Source: Nanobdellota archaeon
GTDB taxonomy: Archaea; Nanobdellota; Nanobdellia; Woesearchaeales; GW2011-AR4
Assembly (NCBI GenBank): GCA_038046385.1
Contig: JBBSWH010000005.1
Span: 1-64,000 of the forward strand
Reading direction: 5' to 3'
Length of the DNA stretch: 64,000 nt
Shown: positions 9,379-18,834 of the stretch, in pieces
How positions within the stretch are numbered: the first letter of the stretch is position 1
Layout of the letters: each line of letters starts with the position of its first letter
Made by a program: the position numbers and the translations under genes
Notes under the pieces: model-generated
Seen by the model: only the letters and a program-made list of their open reading frames with translations
Database searches by the model: none
Told to the model about the DNA's origin: nothing

Positions 9379-10139
9379 TTCCTTACAAGATAATTCCACC
9401 TTTGCAGATAGGTCCTTTTCATGTCAACATGTACGGGATTATGTTTGCGCTTGGAGCCTTCATTGCAATCAAGATTGCTGCGAAGGAAGCCAGAAAAAGA
9501 AATGCAAAAGAAGATGTGATTCATGATATTGCTTTGTACCTTCTCTTTGGCGGCATTATAGGAGCAAGGCTTTTTTACGTTTTATTTTACTGGCCTAATG
9601 ACGTGTCTTTTGATTTTTTCGATATTTTCAAAATATGGGAAGGTGGGCTTGCATTCTTTGGAGGGATTATTGGAGCGATCATCGTAGGATACTACTACCT
9701 CAGAAAGCGCAATCTTAGTTTCTGGGCTTATGCGGACATTTTTACAATTCCCCTAATTATTGGCCATATATTTGGAAGAGCAGGGGATTACCTTACAGGA
9801 GGCCACCCAGGAAAAATAACTAATTTGCCTTGGGCAATATACATGGATAATGCTTTAAGGCACCCGGTTGTTCTGTATGAGATAATTGGCCTTTTTGCAA
9901 TCCTTGGAATAATCTATCTATTAAAGAAAAAAAGCCATTTTGATGGATTCTTGTTTTGGCCATATATAACCTTGTATTCAATCCAAAGATTGTTTTTGGA
10001 TATTTTCAGGGCAGAGTCTACGGACCCAAAATTTTTGGGATTAACTCCGTCTCAATATATCGCCCTGATTATTGTTGCTGTTAGCTTGTATGCGATAGCA
10101 CGATTTAAATATAAAAAAATTCAAACGGAGGCGGTATAA
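9375..10139 (+). CDS. Divergent Lgt-family protein (second copy)
   Basis: NMYG, GARLFY, WEGGLAFFGG, GRAGD, HPVVLYE, QRLFLDIFR. Confidence 0.85.
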   Translation: MIPYKIIPPLQIGPFHVNMYGIMFALGAFIAIKIAAKEARKRNAKEDVIHDIALYLLFGGIIGARLFYVLFYWPNDVSFDFFDIFKIWEGGLAFFGGIIGAIIVGYYYLRKRNLSFWAYADIFTIPLIIGHIFGRAGDYLTGGHPGKITNLPWAIYMDNALRHPVVLYEIIGLFAILGIIYLLKKKSHFDGFLFWPYITLYSIQRLFLDIFRAESTDPKFLGLTPSQYIALIIVAVSLYAIARFKYKKIQTEAV

Positions 10140-10349
10140 ATGAAAAAAACAGTTTTGTTGATTGCAATATTGGCTATTAGCGTTTTTTTGGCAGGATGCG
10201 CATCCAAACAAGGGAGTTATAATAATTATAATCAGCAAGCGCAAGGCCAGCAGGGCCAATATGTCGGCGGTGGATGTGGGGTTGCTCCAATGGCAGATTA
10301 TGAAAGCACGCCTGTAGCAGATTTCAATAATGTGGATGCTAACTTGTAA
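10140..10349 (+). CDS. Small lipoprotein with YVGGGCGV motif
   Basis: Lipobox FLAG-C, N/Q-rich linker, directly after the second Lgt. Confidence 0.8.
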   Translation: MKKTVLLIAILAISVFLAGCASKQGSYNNYNQQAQGQQGQYVGGGCGVAPMADYESTPVADFNNVDANL

Positions 10350-10357
10350 GATTAAAA

Positions 10358-10816
10358 ATGGAACTCTCAAAAAGAGAAAAACGAAAGCTTAAGCTAGAGG
10401 GGCTAAGGCAGGAAAGCCACAAAGCACAACAGGAATTTGAGCAAAGAACTGAAAAGCAAAAACAATTTGAGCCAGAACAGAAAAAATCCAAATGGAAAAT
10501 CTATGGTGCAATTGCAATAGCTATTATTATTGTGCTGATATCCTTTTCTGCTTATTCTGCAGCAAAACCCGGGCGTTATGATAATTTTGCAAGGTGCCTT
10601 ACTTCCAAAGGGGCTGTTGTTTATGGGGCAATAGACTGGTGCAAATACACACAGGCGCAAAGAGCGATGTTTGGAAATTCTTGGAAATATTTAAATTATC
10701 AGGATTTTACAAAATTGCAGGGAATACGAAAAACACCAACGTGGGTTATAGGCGGCAAATGGTACGAAAACGTGCAGACGTTTGATAGATTGTCTGAATT
10801 AACCGGATGCAGATAA
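10358..10816 (+). CDS. Membrane-anchored thioredoxin-fold protein (CxxT variant)
   Basis: FARCLT...YGAIDWCKYTQAQ...TPTW...LSELTGC, resembling VKOR-associated Trx domains. Confidence 0.75.
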   Translation: MELSKREKRKLKLEGLRQESHKAQQEFEQRTEKQKQFEPEQKKSKWKIYGAIAIAIIIVLISFSAYSAAKPGRYDNFARCLTSKGAVVYGAIDWCKYTQAQRAMFGNSWKYLNYQDFTKLQGIRKTPTWVIGGKWYENVQTFDRLSELTGCR

Positions 10817-10870
10817 ATAATTGAAAAGGATATCAAGAAAAAGATAAAAAAAGCTGTTGATTTTATCTAA

Positions 10871-11290
10871 ATGAATATGAAAAACCTCAAGGAAAAAATC
10901 ATTGGAGCAACTGGAAGCGTTTCAGGCGCCGCAAGCGTGCTTGGATCGTGGCAGATATGCCACAGCGTGTGCCTTGGAATAATTGCGCTTCTTGGCCTTA
11001 TAGGAATAACAATAATCGGCATGCCGCTTGAGTTTCTCACAAGGATTGCTATTCCGATGTGGACAATAGCAGTTTTGCTCCTTATAACTACATTTATCCT
11101 TTACAAAACCAAAAAATGCATTTCAAAAAATATGGTGATAATGAATACAGGAATAATAATTGCAGGAACGCCATTTGCTCAAGTACAGCAATTCTCTATA
11201 TTCTTTTGGTTTTTTGGGGGGCTGATAGCTGCTTATGGAATATTTTTAATGATAAAAGAAAGAAGAGAAATGAAATGTCATGAAAACTGA
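10871..11290 (+). CDS. Membrane protein with CHxxC motif
   Basis: WQICHSVCLG, about 4 TM segments. Confidence 0.7.
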   Translation: MNMKNLKEKIIGATGSVSGAASVLGSWQICHSVCLGIIALLGLIGITIIGMPLEFLTRIAIPMWTIAVLLLITTFILYKTKKCISKNMVIMNTGIIIAGTPFAQVQQFSIFFWFFGGLIAAYGIFLMIKERREMKCHEN

Positions 11291-11726
11291 CTATTTAATT
11301 TATGGATTACTGATAGCGGTGATTGCAATTGCAGCATACACTTTTGCAGGAATGGTTGATAATCAGCCGGCAGCTGCACCCAACATCCAAAATAATGCCC
11401 AAGGATTCGGGTTGATATCCACCGGCGGCACGGATGATGGAAATGTTCAGGTTGATTTAACGCCAAAAGGGATTGTTAATGGGCAATTTCTTGTTGATTT
11501 TGCGATTAACACGCATTCTGTTGACTTAAGCCAGCTTGACCTGAAAAAAATAACAACGCTGGAATACAGCGGGAAAAAAATCCAGCCATTGTCTGCCCCT
11601 GCATTAAGCGGGCATCACAACTCAGGCATAATTGCTTTTAACAGCGTTTCTGATTTAAAAAATTTCAAGATAACAATTGTTGGAATCCCCAACATTGAAG
11701 AAAGAGTTTTTGAGTGGAAATCCTAA
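11280..11726 (+). CDS. Exported His-motif protein of metal islands
   Basis: N-terminal TM, NTHSVDL and SGHH motifs. Confidence 0.7.
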   Translation: MKTDYLIYGLLIAVIAIAAYTFAGMVDNQPAAAPNIQNNAQGFGLISTGGTDDGNVQVDLTPKGIVNGQFLVDFAINTHSVDLSQLDLKKITTLEYSGKKIQPLSAPALSGHHNSGIIAFNSVSDLKNFKITIVGIPNIEERVFEWKS

Positions 11727-11728
11727 AA

Positions 11729-13303
11729 ATGAGGAATATAAATTTAAATCATAAAATTGCAGTAATTATGATAGTTTCTCTGCTCATAATATTGACCGCC
11801 TGCAGCCAGACTGATGATTCAATGCCTAATCATATGATGCCTATAAAAGAGATTTCTGAAGTGAAGCCGATTGGCAGAAGCGTTTCCGGGCTGGGAGAAG
11901 CAGAGCAATCAAGAATTGTTGAGTTAAAGGATAATCAAGCGTTTCAAATGGAAGCTAAGCCTATTGCCAAAGACATAAATGGCAATAAAATAATGATGTA
12001 TGCTTACAATGGCCAGATGCCTGGCCCTTTGATAAAAGCAAAACAGGGCAGCTTAATTTATGTTAATTTTACAAACAACATCGATATGGAAACAACAATC
12101 CATTGGCACGGAATAAGGTTAGATAACAAATTTGACGGTGTTGATGGGGCAAGCCAGAAGCCTGTGAAGCCAGGGGAAAGCTTTCTTTATGAAATCAGGC
12201 TTCCAGACGAAGGAATTTACTGGTATCATCCGCACATAAGGGAAGATTTGCAACAGGAACTTGGTTTGTATGGCAATATCTTAGTTGAGCCAAAAGACAA
12301 GGATTATTTCAATAAAGTGGATAATGAAATTGCTTTATTTTTGGATGACATAAAAATGAATGGCAATGATATCGAGCCATTCAACAGCCAGTTTGCAACA
12401 TTCACAATAATGGGCAGGTTTGGAAATGTGATGCTTGTGAATGGGGAAACGTACTATAGATTAAATGCAAATAAAGGAGAATCTGTAAGATTTTATTTGA
12501 CTAATTCTGCAAACATAAGGACATTTAATTTTATGATTGGAGATCATAAGCTGAAGGTTGTAGGAAGCGATTCTGGCAAATATGAAAAAGAATCTATTGC
12601 CAACTCCATTATAATCTCTCCAGGTGAAAGATATACTGCAGAAGTTCTTTTTGACAAAGCAGGAATTTTCAAAATTATCCATAGAACTCCCAATAAAGAC
12701 TACATTCTTGGAGAGGTTATTGTCAACGAAGCTTCTGGAAGTGTTAATGATGAATTTTATGAATTAAAGGAAAATGAAGAGATTAAGAGCTCAATAGCGC
12801 CCTTTAGAAGATATTTTTCTTCTGAGCCAGATTATATTTTCAATCTAGAAATAAATCAAGAATCTATGGGGAAGATGGAAAGCAGAGCCAGCAATGAAGG
12901 CATAGAATGGGAAGACACGGGGCATGATGAAATGATGAATTCCATGTCGACAGCCAACAATGTAAGATGGATGATTGTTGATGCTTTGACCGGCAAGGCA
13001 AATATGGACAATAATTACAAAGTTAAAGCTGGAGACATCAAAAAAATAAGATTTGTTAACGACAAAGATTCCATGCACCCGATGCAACATCCAATGCATT
13101 TGCACGGGCAAAAGTTCCTTGTTTTAAGTGTTGACGGAGTTGAAAATGAAAATTTAGGATGGAAAGACACTGTCCTTGTCCCTACGGGAAAAAATGTGGA
13201 TATACTTATTGAGTTTTCAAACCCTGGAGAATGGATGCTCCACTGCCATATTGCAGAGCATCTTGAAGCCGGAATGGCAACAATGTTCACGGTCTCACAA
13301 TAA
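11729..13303 (+). CDS. Multicopper oxidase lipoprotein (CueO/laccase-like)
   Basis: HWHG, WYHPH, HPMHLHG, HCHIAEHLEAGM copper motifs; lipobox LTA-C. Confidence 0.93.
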   Translation: MRNINLNHKIAVIMIVSLLIILTACSQTDDSMPNHMMPIKEISEVKPIGRSVSGLGEAEQSRIVELKDNQAFQMEAKPIAKDINGNKIMMYAYNGQMPGPLIKAKQGSLIYVNFTNNIDMETTIHWHGIRLDNKFDGVDGASQKPVKPGESFLYEIRLPDEGIYWYHPHIREDLQQELGLYGNILVEPKDKDYFNKVDNEIALFLDDIKMNGNDIEPFNSQFATFTIMGRFGNVMLVNGETYYRLNANKGESVRFYLTNSANIRTFNFMIGDHKLKVVGSDSGKYEKESIANSIIISPGERYTAEVLFDKAGIFKIIHRTPNKDYILGEVIVNEASGSVNDEFYELKENEEIKSSIAPFRRYFSSEPDYIFNLEINQESMGKMESRASNEGIEWEDTGHDEMMNSMSTANNVRWMIVDALTGKANMDNNYKVKAGDIKKIRFVNDKDSMHPMQHPMHLHGQKFLVLSVDGVENENLGWKDTVLVPTGKNVDILIEFSNPGEWMLHCHIAEHLEAGMATMFTVSQ

Positions 13304-13317
13304 TGGAGGTAATAAAA

Positions 13318-13518
13318 ATGAAACAAAATTTAGGTACAGTTGACAGAGTTTTGAGATTTGGATTGGCTTTTTGGTGGCTAGGGCCTTGGGCTCCGCAATA
13401 CAGCGTTGAGTGGGTTAATTGGATAATTTTCCTTGTTGGCTGGATTGCGTTAATTGAAAGCTTTTTGGGATTTTGCTGGCTGCATAACATGTTTGGAATA
13501 AATAATATAAATCAATGA
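13318..13518 (+). CDS. DUF2892/YgaP-like small membrane protein
   Basis: NLGTVDRVLR...GFCWL..FGIN; GGAGGT SD at 13305-13310. Confidence 0.85.
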   Translation: MKQNLGTVDRVLRFGLAFWWLGPWAPQYSVEWVNWIIFLVGWIALIESFLGFCWLHNMFGINNINQ

Positions 13519-13589
13519 TAGAATTTTTGTAAGCTATGGAGATGAAGCATACCAACAACTAATAAAGCAAAGAACATCCATGACAGACT

Positions 13590-14180
13590 ATGCCAAAAAT
13601 CACTAGAAAGTTGAATGCGGGCTATTTTTTGGCAGCAATTATCACATTGATATTGGCTTTTGTCATCTATGAATTTTCAAGCAATGGCAAACTTGAAGAA
13701 AAATCAACAACAGTTTATCAAAACCTGAATCAGGTGCAAGTTATCGGCACCAGAGTTGGCCAAGCCCCTTCGGATTTTGTTGCAATAACTACAGAAGGAA
13801 ATCCAGTAAGGCTATATGATTTCATTGAGCAGAAAAAGCCAGTTATTGTATATTTTATGGCAACTTGGTGCCCATGGTGCGCAAAGGACTATGCCGCATT
13901 ATCAAAAGTATACAAGAAATATGAAGATAATATAACTTTTATATCAATAAGCCTTGATTTGAGTGAAGATTTCCTTGAACTTAGGGAATATAAGAAAAAA
14001 TACCCGGAACTGCAAAAAACAATATTTGCCCAGGGGCAGGAAAGAATACTTATTGATTATAGAATAACAAAAACAACAACAAAATATGCAATAGGCAGTA
14101 ATGGAACCATAGCATACTTCGCAATTGGCGCATTTGATGAAAAAGAATGGGAAATTTTGTTGAATAAACTTAGCAGTTAG
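13590..14180 (+). CDS. TlpA/ResA-like thioredoxin
   Basis: YFMATWCPWC, N-terminal TM. Confidence 0.88.
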   Translation: MPKITRKLNAGYFLAAIITLILAFVIYEFSSNGKLEEKSTTVYQNLNQVQVIGTRVGQAPSDFVAITTEGNPVRLYDFIEQKKPVIVYFMATWCPWCAKDYAALSKVYKKYEDNITFISISLDLSEDFLELREYKKKYPELQKTIFAQGQERILIDYRITKTTTKYAIGSNGTIAYFAIGAFDEKEWEILLNKLSS

Positions 14181-14330
14181 GATAAAAATAACATTTGTAT
14201 TCTTATGATTGTGTGCCTACTTGTGGAGCCCACTAAAGAAGCAAAGCTGATAATCTGCCACAATGCTTCACAACCCATTAAATCAGAAACTATGGCTGCA
14301 CCTACAGTTTTCTTGGAACTAAGCAAAAGC

Positions 14331-14364
14331 TTTAAATATATGTTATTAATAACATATGTTATTA
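14331..14364. promoter_or_regulatory. TATA box plus overlapping palindromes, probable ArsR operator
   Basis: TTTAAATA followed by perfect palindromes ATATGTTATTAATAACATAT (14338-14357) and TAATAACATATGTTATTA (14347-14364), just upstream of arsR. Confidence 0.7.
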
Positions 14365-14371
14365 AAGCAAA

Positions 14372-14674
14372 ATGAAAACTCAATTAAGGCAGCCATACAG
14401 AACGTTTTTTGGGACGCTGGACAACCAGCACAGGATAGACATAATAGAGGCGCTCAGCAAAGAGGTAATGAATGTTTCAAGCATTTGCAAAAAGACAGGA
14501 TATGAGCAGTCCACAGTATCACACAGCCTCCAAAGGCTTGAGCACTGCGGATTTGTTTCTGTAAAGCAGAAAGGCAAGGAAAGAATATACACACTAAATA
14601 AGGATACTATCAAGCCGCTGATTAAGCTTATGAACAAGCACATTAAAAACCACTGCAGCAGGATATGCCATTAA
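14372..14674 (+). CDS. ArsR/SmtB-family metal-responsive repressor
   Basis: RIDIIEAL...QSTVSHSLQRL...GKERIY; C-terminal HIKNHCSRICH ligands. Confidence 0.88.
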   Translation: MKTQLRQPYRTFFGTLDNQHRIDIIEALSKEVMNVSSICKKTGYEQSTVSHSLQRLEHCGFVSVKQKGKERIYTLNKDTIKPLIKLMNKHIKNHCSRICH

Positions 14675-14675
14675 A

Positions 14676-14882
14676 ATGACAAAATACAATATTTCAATAC
14701 AGGGAATGCACTGCAAGAGCTGCAAAATGCTTGTAGATGACATTTTGTGCGATTCTGGCGCAAAATCAATAAAAATAGAAGTTGATGATAAGAAAAAAAT
14801 TGGAAAAGCCTCCTTTGAATTTTCGGGGAATTTTAATGAGCTTAAAAAAGAAATAGAAAGCAACGGATATAAGGTGAAGTAA
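14676..14882 (+). CDS. copZ: Copper chaperone (HMA domain)
   Basis: GMHCKSC. Confidence 0.85.
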   Translation: MTKYNISIQGMHCKSCKMLVDDILCDSGAKSIKIEVDDKKKIGKASFEFSGNFNELKKEIESNGYKVK

Positions 14883-15808
14883 TGCACGTTAAAGTTTACT
14901 GCCCGGACATTGAATGCGATTCCTGCGCAAGGCTCCTTAAAAGGAGTTTTGAGAAAGCTGAAGGAATTGTAAAATTTGAAATAAACAAAGAATCAATTGA
15001 TTTTGAGTACAACCGTGGCGAATCAAGCGTCGAGATGATTCTTAAAATAATACGCAGCAAGGGATTCAGGGCTTCGCTTGAGCCGTTTATAAGAAAAAAT
15101 TTTAAGGAGCGCTTGAGGGACTTCAGGGAAAACAAAAGCAAGTATGAGCTGGAATACAGAATGCTGAATTATTTGTTGTTTAACCTGTTTTGCCTGCTTG
15201 TTTTTAATGCAGCAGTATATCTTATTTTTTTAAAAAATGTGCCTGATTTTCTCCAGAGATACGGCTGGTGGGCATTTTATACTATGATTTCAATAGCAAG
15301 CATAGGCACTGCAATGTGGCACTTCAGGTCATACAAAGGCGAAGTGACTTCAATGACCGGGATGATGATCGGGATGACATTCGGCATGCAGACCGGGCTT
15401 ATGATTGGGACGATAATAGGGGCAACAAACGGAATTTTTATAGGAAGCATGGCCGGGATGCTATCAGCAGTCATTGTCGGGATTTACAACGGCAAATGCT
15501 GCGGAATTATGGGTATTCTTGAAGGAGTTATGGCAGGGCTGATGGGCGGGACAATGGGAGGCATGATAGGGGTCATGATGTTCGCAGACCATATACTCTG
15601 GTTCATGCCGTTTTTCTTTTTGATAAATATTGCAGTAATGCTTGGCCTTTCTTACATGCTGTTTGAAGAATTTGTCGAAGACAATGAAAAAACCAAAAAA
15701 GATGAAGTCAAGCTGTGGAAGCTGATTGCAGCCAGCATAATAGTAATGGCTGTTTTTCTGGTGATTATGGTTTATGCCCCAAAGTCCGGGCTGGCAAGAG
15801 TGATTTAA
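14882..15808 (+). CDS. HMA domain fused to Met/Gly-rich membrane domain
   Basis: CPDIECDSC at N-terminus; MTGMMIGMTFGM, KCCG and MAGLMGGTMGGMIGVMM in TM segments. Confidence 0.8.
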   Translation: MHVKVYCPDIECDSCARLLKRSFEKAEGIVKFEINKESIDFEYNRGESSVEMILKIIRSKGFRASLEPFIRKNFKERLRDFRENKSKYELEYRMLNYLLFNLFCLLVFNAAVYLIFLKNVPDFLQRYGWWAFYTMISIASIGTAMWHFRSYKGEVTSMTGMMIGMTFGMQTGLMIGTIIGATNGIFIGSMAGMLSAVIVGIYNGKCCGIMGILEGVMAGLMGGTMGGMIGVMMFADHILWFMPFFFLINIAVMLGLSYMLFEEFVEDNEKTKKDEVKLWKLIAASIIVMAVFLVIMVYAPKSGLARVI

Positions 15809-16180
15809 ATGAAAAAAACAGCCTTATTGTTTTTCCTTGCCATATTTATCACGGCATGCTCTTCCAATGCGCCAATCTCTCCCCAGTCTTCTAATTCAGA
15901 AGCAAAAATTGTAGACGGAATGCAGGCCATAACACTAAGCTGGGGGAAATTCAATTATGAGCCTGCAACGATGAAATTCAAGCTGGGAGTTCCTGCAAGA
16001 ATCTACGGAGACCTTACAAGACTGCAGGGCTGCTTCAGATCTTTTGAGATTCCTGAACTAGGAGTTTCTACGGTTTTTTCCCAAAGAAAAAATTATGTTG
16101 ATTTTATGCCTGATCAAGAAGGAAGATTCACGTTTGCATGCTCCATGGGAATGGGCAGCGGCACAATAATAGTCGAATAA
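15809..16180 (+). CDS. Cupredoxin-like lipoprotein
   Basis: Lipobox ITA-C; GC...FTFACSMGM (CupA/EfeO-type cupredoxin). Confidence 0.85.
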   Translation: MKKTALLFFLAIFITACSSNAPISPQSSNSEAKIVDGMQAITLSWGKFNYEPATMKFKLGVPARIYGDLTRLQGCFRSFEIPELGVSTVFSQRKNYVDFMPDQEGRFTFACSMGMGSGTIIVE

Positions 16181-16192
16181 TAGCTGAATAAA

Positions 16193-16639
16193 ATGAAAAT
16201 AATCTTCAAAAAGCCTTATTTATACTGGACATTCGGAATATTTTTTGGATATTTCTTATTGAATGCCTACCTAAGCGATTTTTTTTATGACATGAAGTTT
16301 ATCGGGTACTACCTGGAGACTATAAACTGGGGCAAATTTGTTATTAGCGTATCTTTGTCTGTTTTAATTGCTGCTCTTGTGGCGGCAAATGCAGTATACC
16401 TTTACATAAGGTATAAAGAGCATAAAAATCTCAAAGTTGAGGGAACCCTGGCCTGTGCAGGAACTTTTGGTGGATTGGCAACCGGGGTCTGTTCAATATG
16501 CGCTGCAGGAATCCTTCCATTTATGCTTGATTTAATGGGAATCTCATTCACTTTTGGAACGCTTCCATTGAAAGGAATTGAAATCCAGATTTTGACTGCT
16601 GCATTATTATTTGCCGGCTTGTGGGGGATAAAAAAATGA
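16193..16639 (+). CDS. Membrane protein with CxxC (VCSIC)
   Basis: Similar to 4622-5176. Confidence 0.75.
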   Translation: MKIIFKKPYLYWTFGIFFGYFLLNAYLSDFFYDMKFIGYYLETINWGKFVISVSLSVLIAALVAANAVYLYIRYKEHKNLKVEGTLACAGTFGGLATGVCSICAAGILPFMLDLMGISFTFGTLPLKGIEIQILTAALLFAGLWGIKK

Positions 16640-18825
16640 AAAAAGAAGTAACTTTCTCTATAAGGGGGATGCACTGCGCCAGCTGCTCAAACATAATCAC
16701 AAGGGCACTAACCAAAACTGAAGGAGTTGAGAGTGCAGTTGTAAATTATTCTACGGAAAAGGCAAATGTGACTTTTGACGGAAATATTTTAGAAGAAGAT
16801 TTGATAAAAATAATAGAGAAAAAAGGCTACAAAGCCTCAGTAGCAAAAGATTTGCAGCAGGAAAAGAAAAAGAAACTTGAAGAGATTCTGTCATTAAAGA
16901 AAAGTTTTCTCATAAGCCTTGTTTTGTCATTGCCGGCTTTTCTGATTGGAATGATATTTATGGAAGACGGCATGCTTTATTTTGGAATTATGGTGCCTTA
17001 TGCAGTTATAATACTTTTTTTGCTTTCCACACCGGTGCAATTTTGGATTGGATGGAGATTCTACAAAGGAACCTTTGCAGCGCTTAAGAACAAAAACGCA
17101 AACATGGACAGCCTCATTGCAATAGGAACAAGCGCGGCTTATTTCTACAGCGTTTATTCAGTTTTCGTTTTGAAAAGCGACGTCCAGTATTTTGAAGTGA
17201 GCGCGGTCCTTATAACATTTGTAATGATGGGCAAGTGGCTGGAAGCAAGAGCCAAAGGCAAGATGTCGGAAGCAATTGAAAAGCTAATTTCACTATCGCC
17301 GAAAACTGCAATTGTTGTAAAAAAAGGAAAAGAAGTGAAAGTGAGCGTCGATGAGTTAGCTGCAGGAGATATCATAATAGTAAAGCCAGGAGAAAAAATA
17401 CCGGTTGACGGAATAATAACAGAAGGCAATTCATCAATTGACGAAAGCATGGTCACAGGGGAAAGCATACCGATTGACAAGGCAAAAGGGAGTTTAGTAA
17501 TTGGAGGGACCCTTAACAAACACGGGTCATTCAGGTTCAAGGCAACCAAAGTGGGGGCTGACACTACATTATCGCATATAATCAAATTGATAGAGGATGC
17601 ACAAGCCAAAAAAGCCCCAATACAGAGGTTTGCTGACAATGTTTCGTCTTATTTTGTCCCTATTGTTATTGTTATTTCTATTGTGACTTTTGCAGTCTGG
17701 TATTACCTATTGTCTTCTACATTTACATTTGCACTTATCAATGCAGTGTCTGTTCTTGTGATAGCCTGCCCATGCGCTTTGGGACTGGCGACGCCGACTG
17801 CAATACTTGTCGGAACCGGCCTTGGAGCAAAACAAGGCATTCTGATAAAAGGAGGGGATTCTCTGGAAAATGCGCACAAAGTCAGGCACGTGATTTTTGA
17901 CAAAACAGGCACTATCACAAAAGGCAAGCCGGAAGTGACTGACATAATATCCTTAAAATCCGGCGAGAAGGAGATAATACAGATTGCAGCAAGCATGGAA
18001 AAAAATTCCGAGCATTCGCTTGCAGAATCAATCCTTAATAAGGCAAAATTGATGAACCTTAAGCTGGATAGTCCGTCTGGTTTTTTAGCAATTTCAGGCA
18101 AAGGCATAACCGCTTCAGTCAAAAACAAAAAGTATTATCTTGGGAACAGCAAGCTGGTCAAAAAAAGCCTGTCAAATGAAATTAAAAATAAGATAAATTC
18201 TTTGCAGGATCAGGGAAAAACTGTGGTGATGCTTGCTTCTGATAAGAATGTGCTTGGAATCATTGCAATTGCAGACACAATAAAAGATTCAGCAGTTGAG
18301 ACGATAAAACAGCTGCATTCAATGAAAATAGAGACGTATATGATAACCGGAGACAATGAAAGGGCGGCAAAGGCGATAGCCAAACAAGTCGGAATCAAAA
18401 ATGTATTTGCAGAGGTAATGCCAAAGGACAAAAGTGATTATGTGAAAAAACTCCAGAAAAAGGGGAAAGTTGCAATGGTGGGGGACGGGATTAATGACGC
18501 TCCTGCGCTGGCACAGGCAGATATCGGGATTGCAATGGGTTCCGGAACAGATGTTGCGATTGAAACTGGAAACATTGTTCTGATGAGAAACGATTTGATG
18601 GATGTGCCTGCTGCATTCAGGTTAAGCAGGATTACAATGTCAAAAATAAAGCAGAACATGTTCTGGGCGATGTTTTACAATGTGATGGGGATTCCGATTG
18701 CAGCAGGAGTTTTATATCCGCTTACCGGAATGCTTTTATCCCCCATGCTTGCAGGAGGGGCAATGGCATTAAGCTCAGTCAGCGTTGTGACAAACTCATT
18801 ATTATTAAAAAATAAGAGATTGTAG
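16636..18825 (+). CDS. copA: Cu(I)-exporting P1B-1 ATPase
   Basis: HMA GMHCASC, TGES, CPC, DKTGT, GDGIND, YN and MALSS motifs. Confidence 0.95.
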   Translation: MKKEVTFSIRGMHCASCSNIITRALTKTEGVESAVVNYSTEKANVTFDGNILEEDLIKIIEKKGYKASVAKDLQQEKKKKLEEILSLKKSFLISLVLSLPAFLIGMIFMEDGMLYFGIMVPYAVIILFLLSTPVQFWIGWRFYKGTFAALKNKNANMDSLIAIGTSAAYFYSVYSVFVLKSDVQYFEVSAVLITFVMMGKWLEARAKGKMSEAIEKLISLSPKTAIVVKKGKEVKVSVDELAAGDIIIVKPGEKIPVDGIITEGNSSIDESMVTGESIPIDKAKGSLVIGGTLNKHGSFRFKATKVGADTTLSHIIKLIEDAQAKKAPIQRFADNVSSYFVPIVIVISIVTFAVWYYLLSSTFTFALINAVSVLVIACPCALGLATPTAILVGTGLGAKQGILIKGGDSLENAHKVRHVIFDKTGTITKGKPEVTDIISLKSGEKEIIQIAASMEKNSEHSLAESILNKAKLMNLKLDSPSGFLAISGKGITASVKNKKYYLGNSKLVKKSLSNEIKNKINSLQDQGKTVVMLASDKNVLGIIAIADTIKDSAVETIKQLHSMKIETYMITGDNERAAKAIAKQVGIKNVFAEVMPKDKSDYVKKLQKKGKVAMVGDGINDAPALAQADIGIAMGSGTDVAIETGNIVLMRNDLMDVPAAFRLSRITMSKIKQNMFWAMFYNVMGIPIAAGVLYPLTGMLLSPMLAGGAMALSSVSVVTNSLLLKNKRL

Positions 18826-18834
18826 GTGATTTAA

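Noticed and set aside
14177-14383. 68-aa minus-strand ORF upstream of arsR
   Set aside because: It overlaps the promoter/operator and has no motif or SD.
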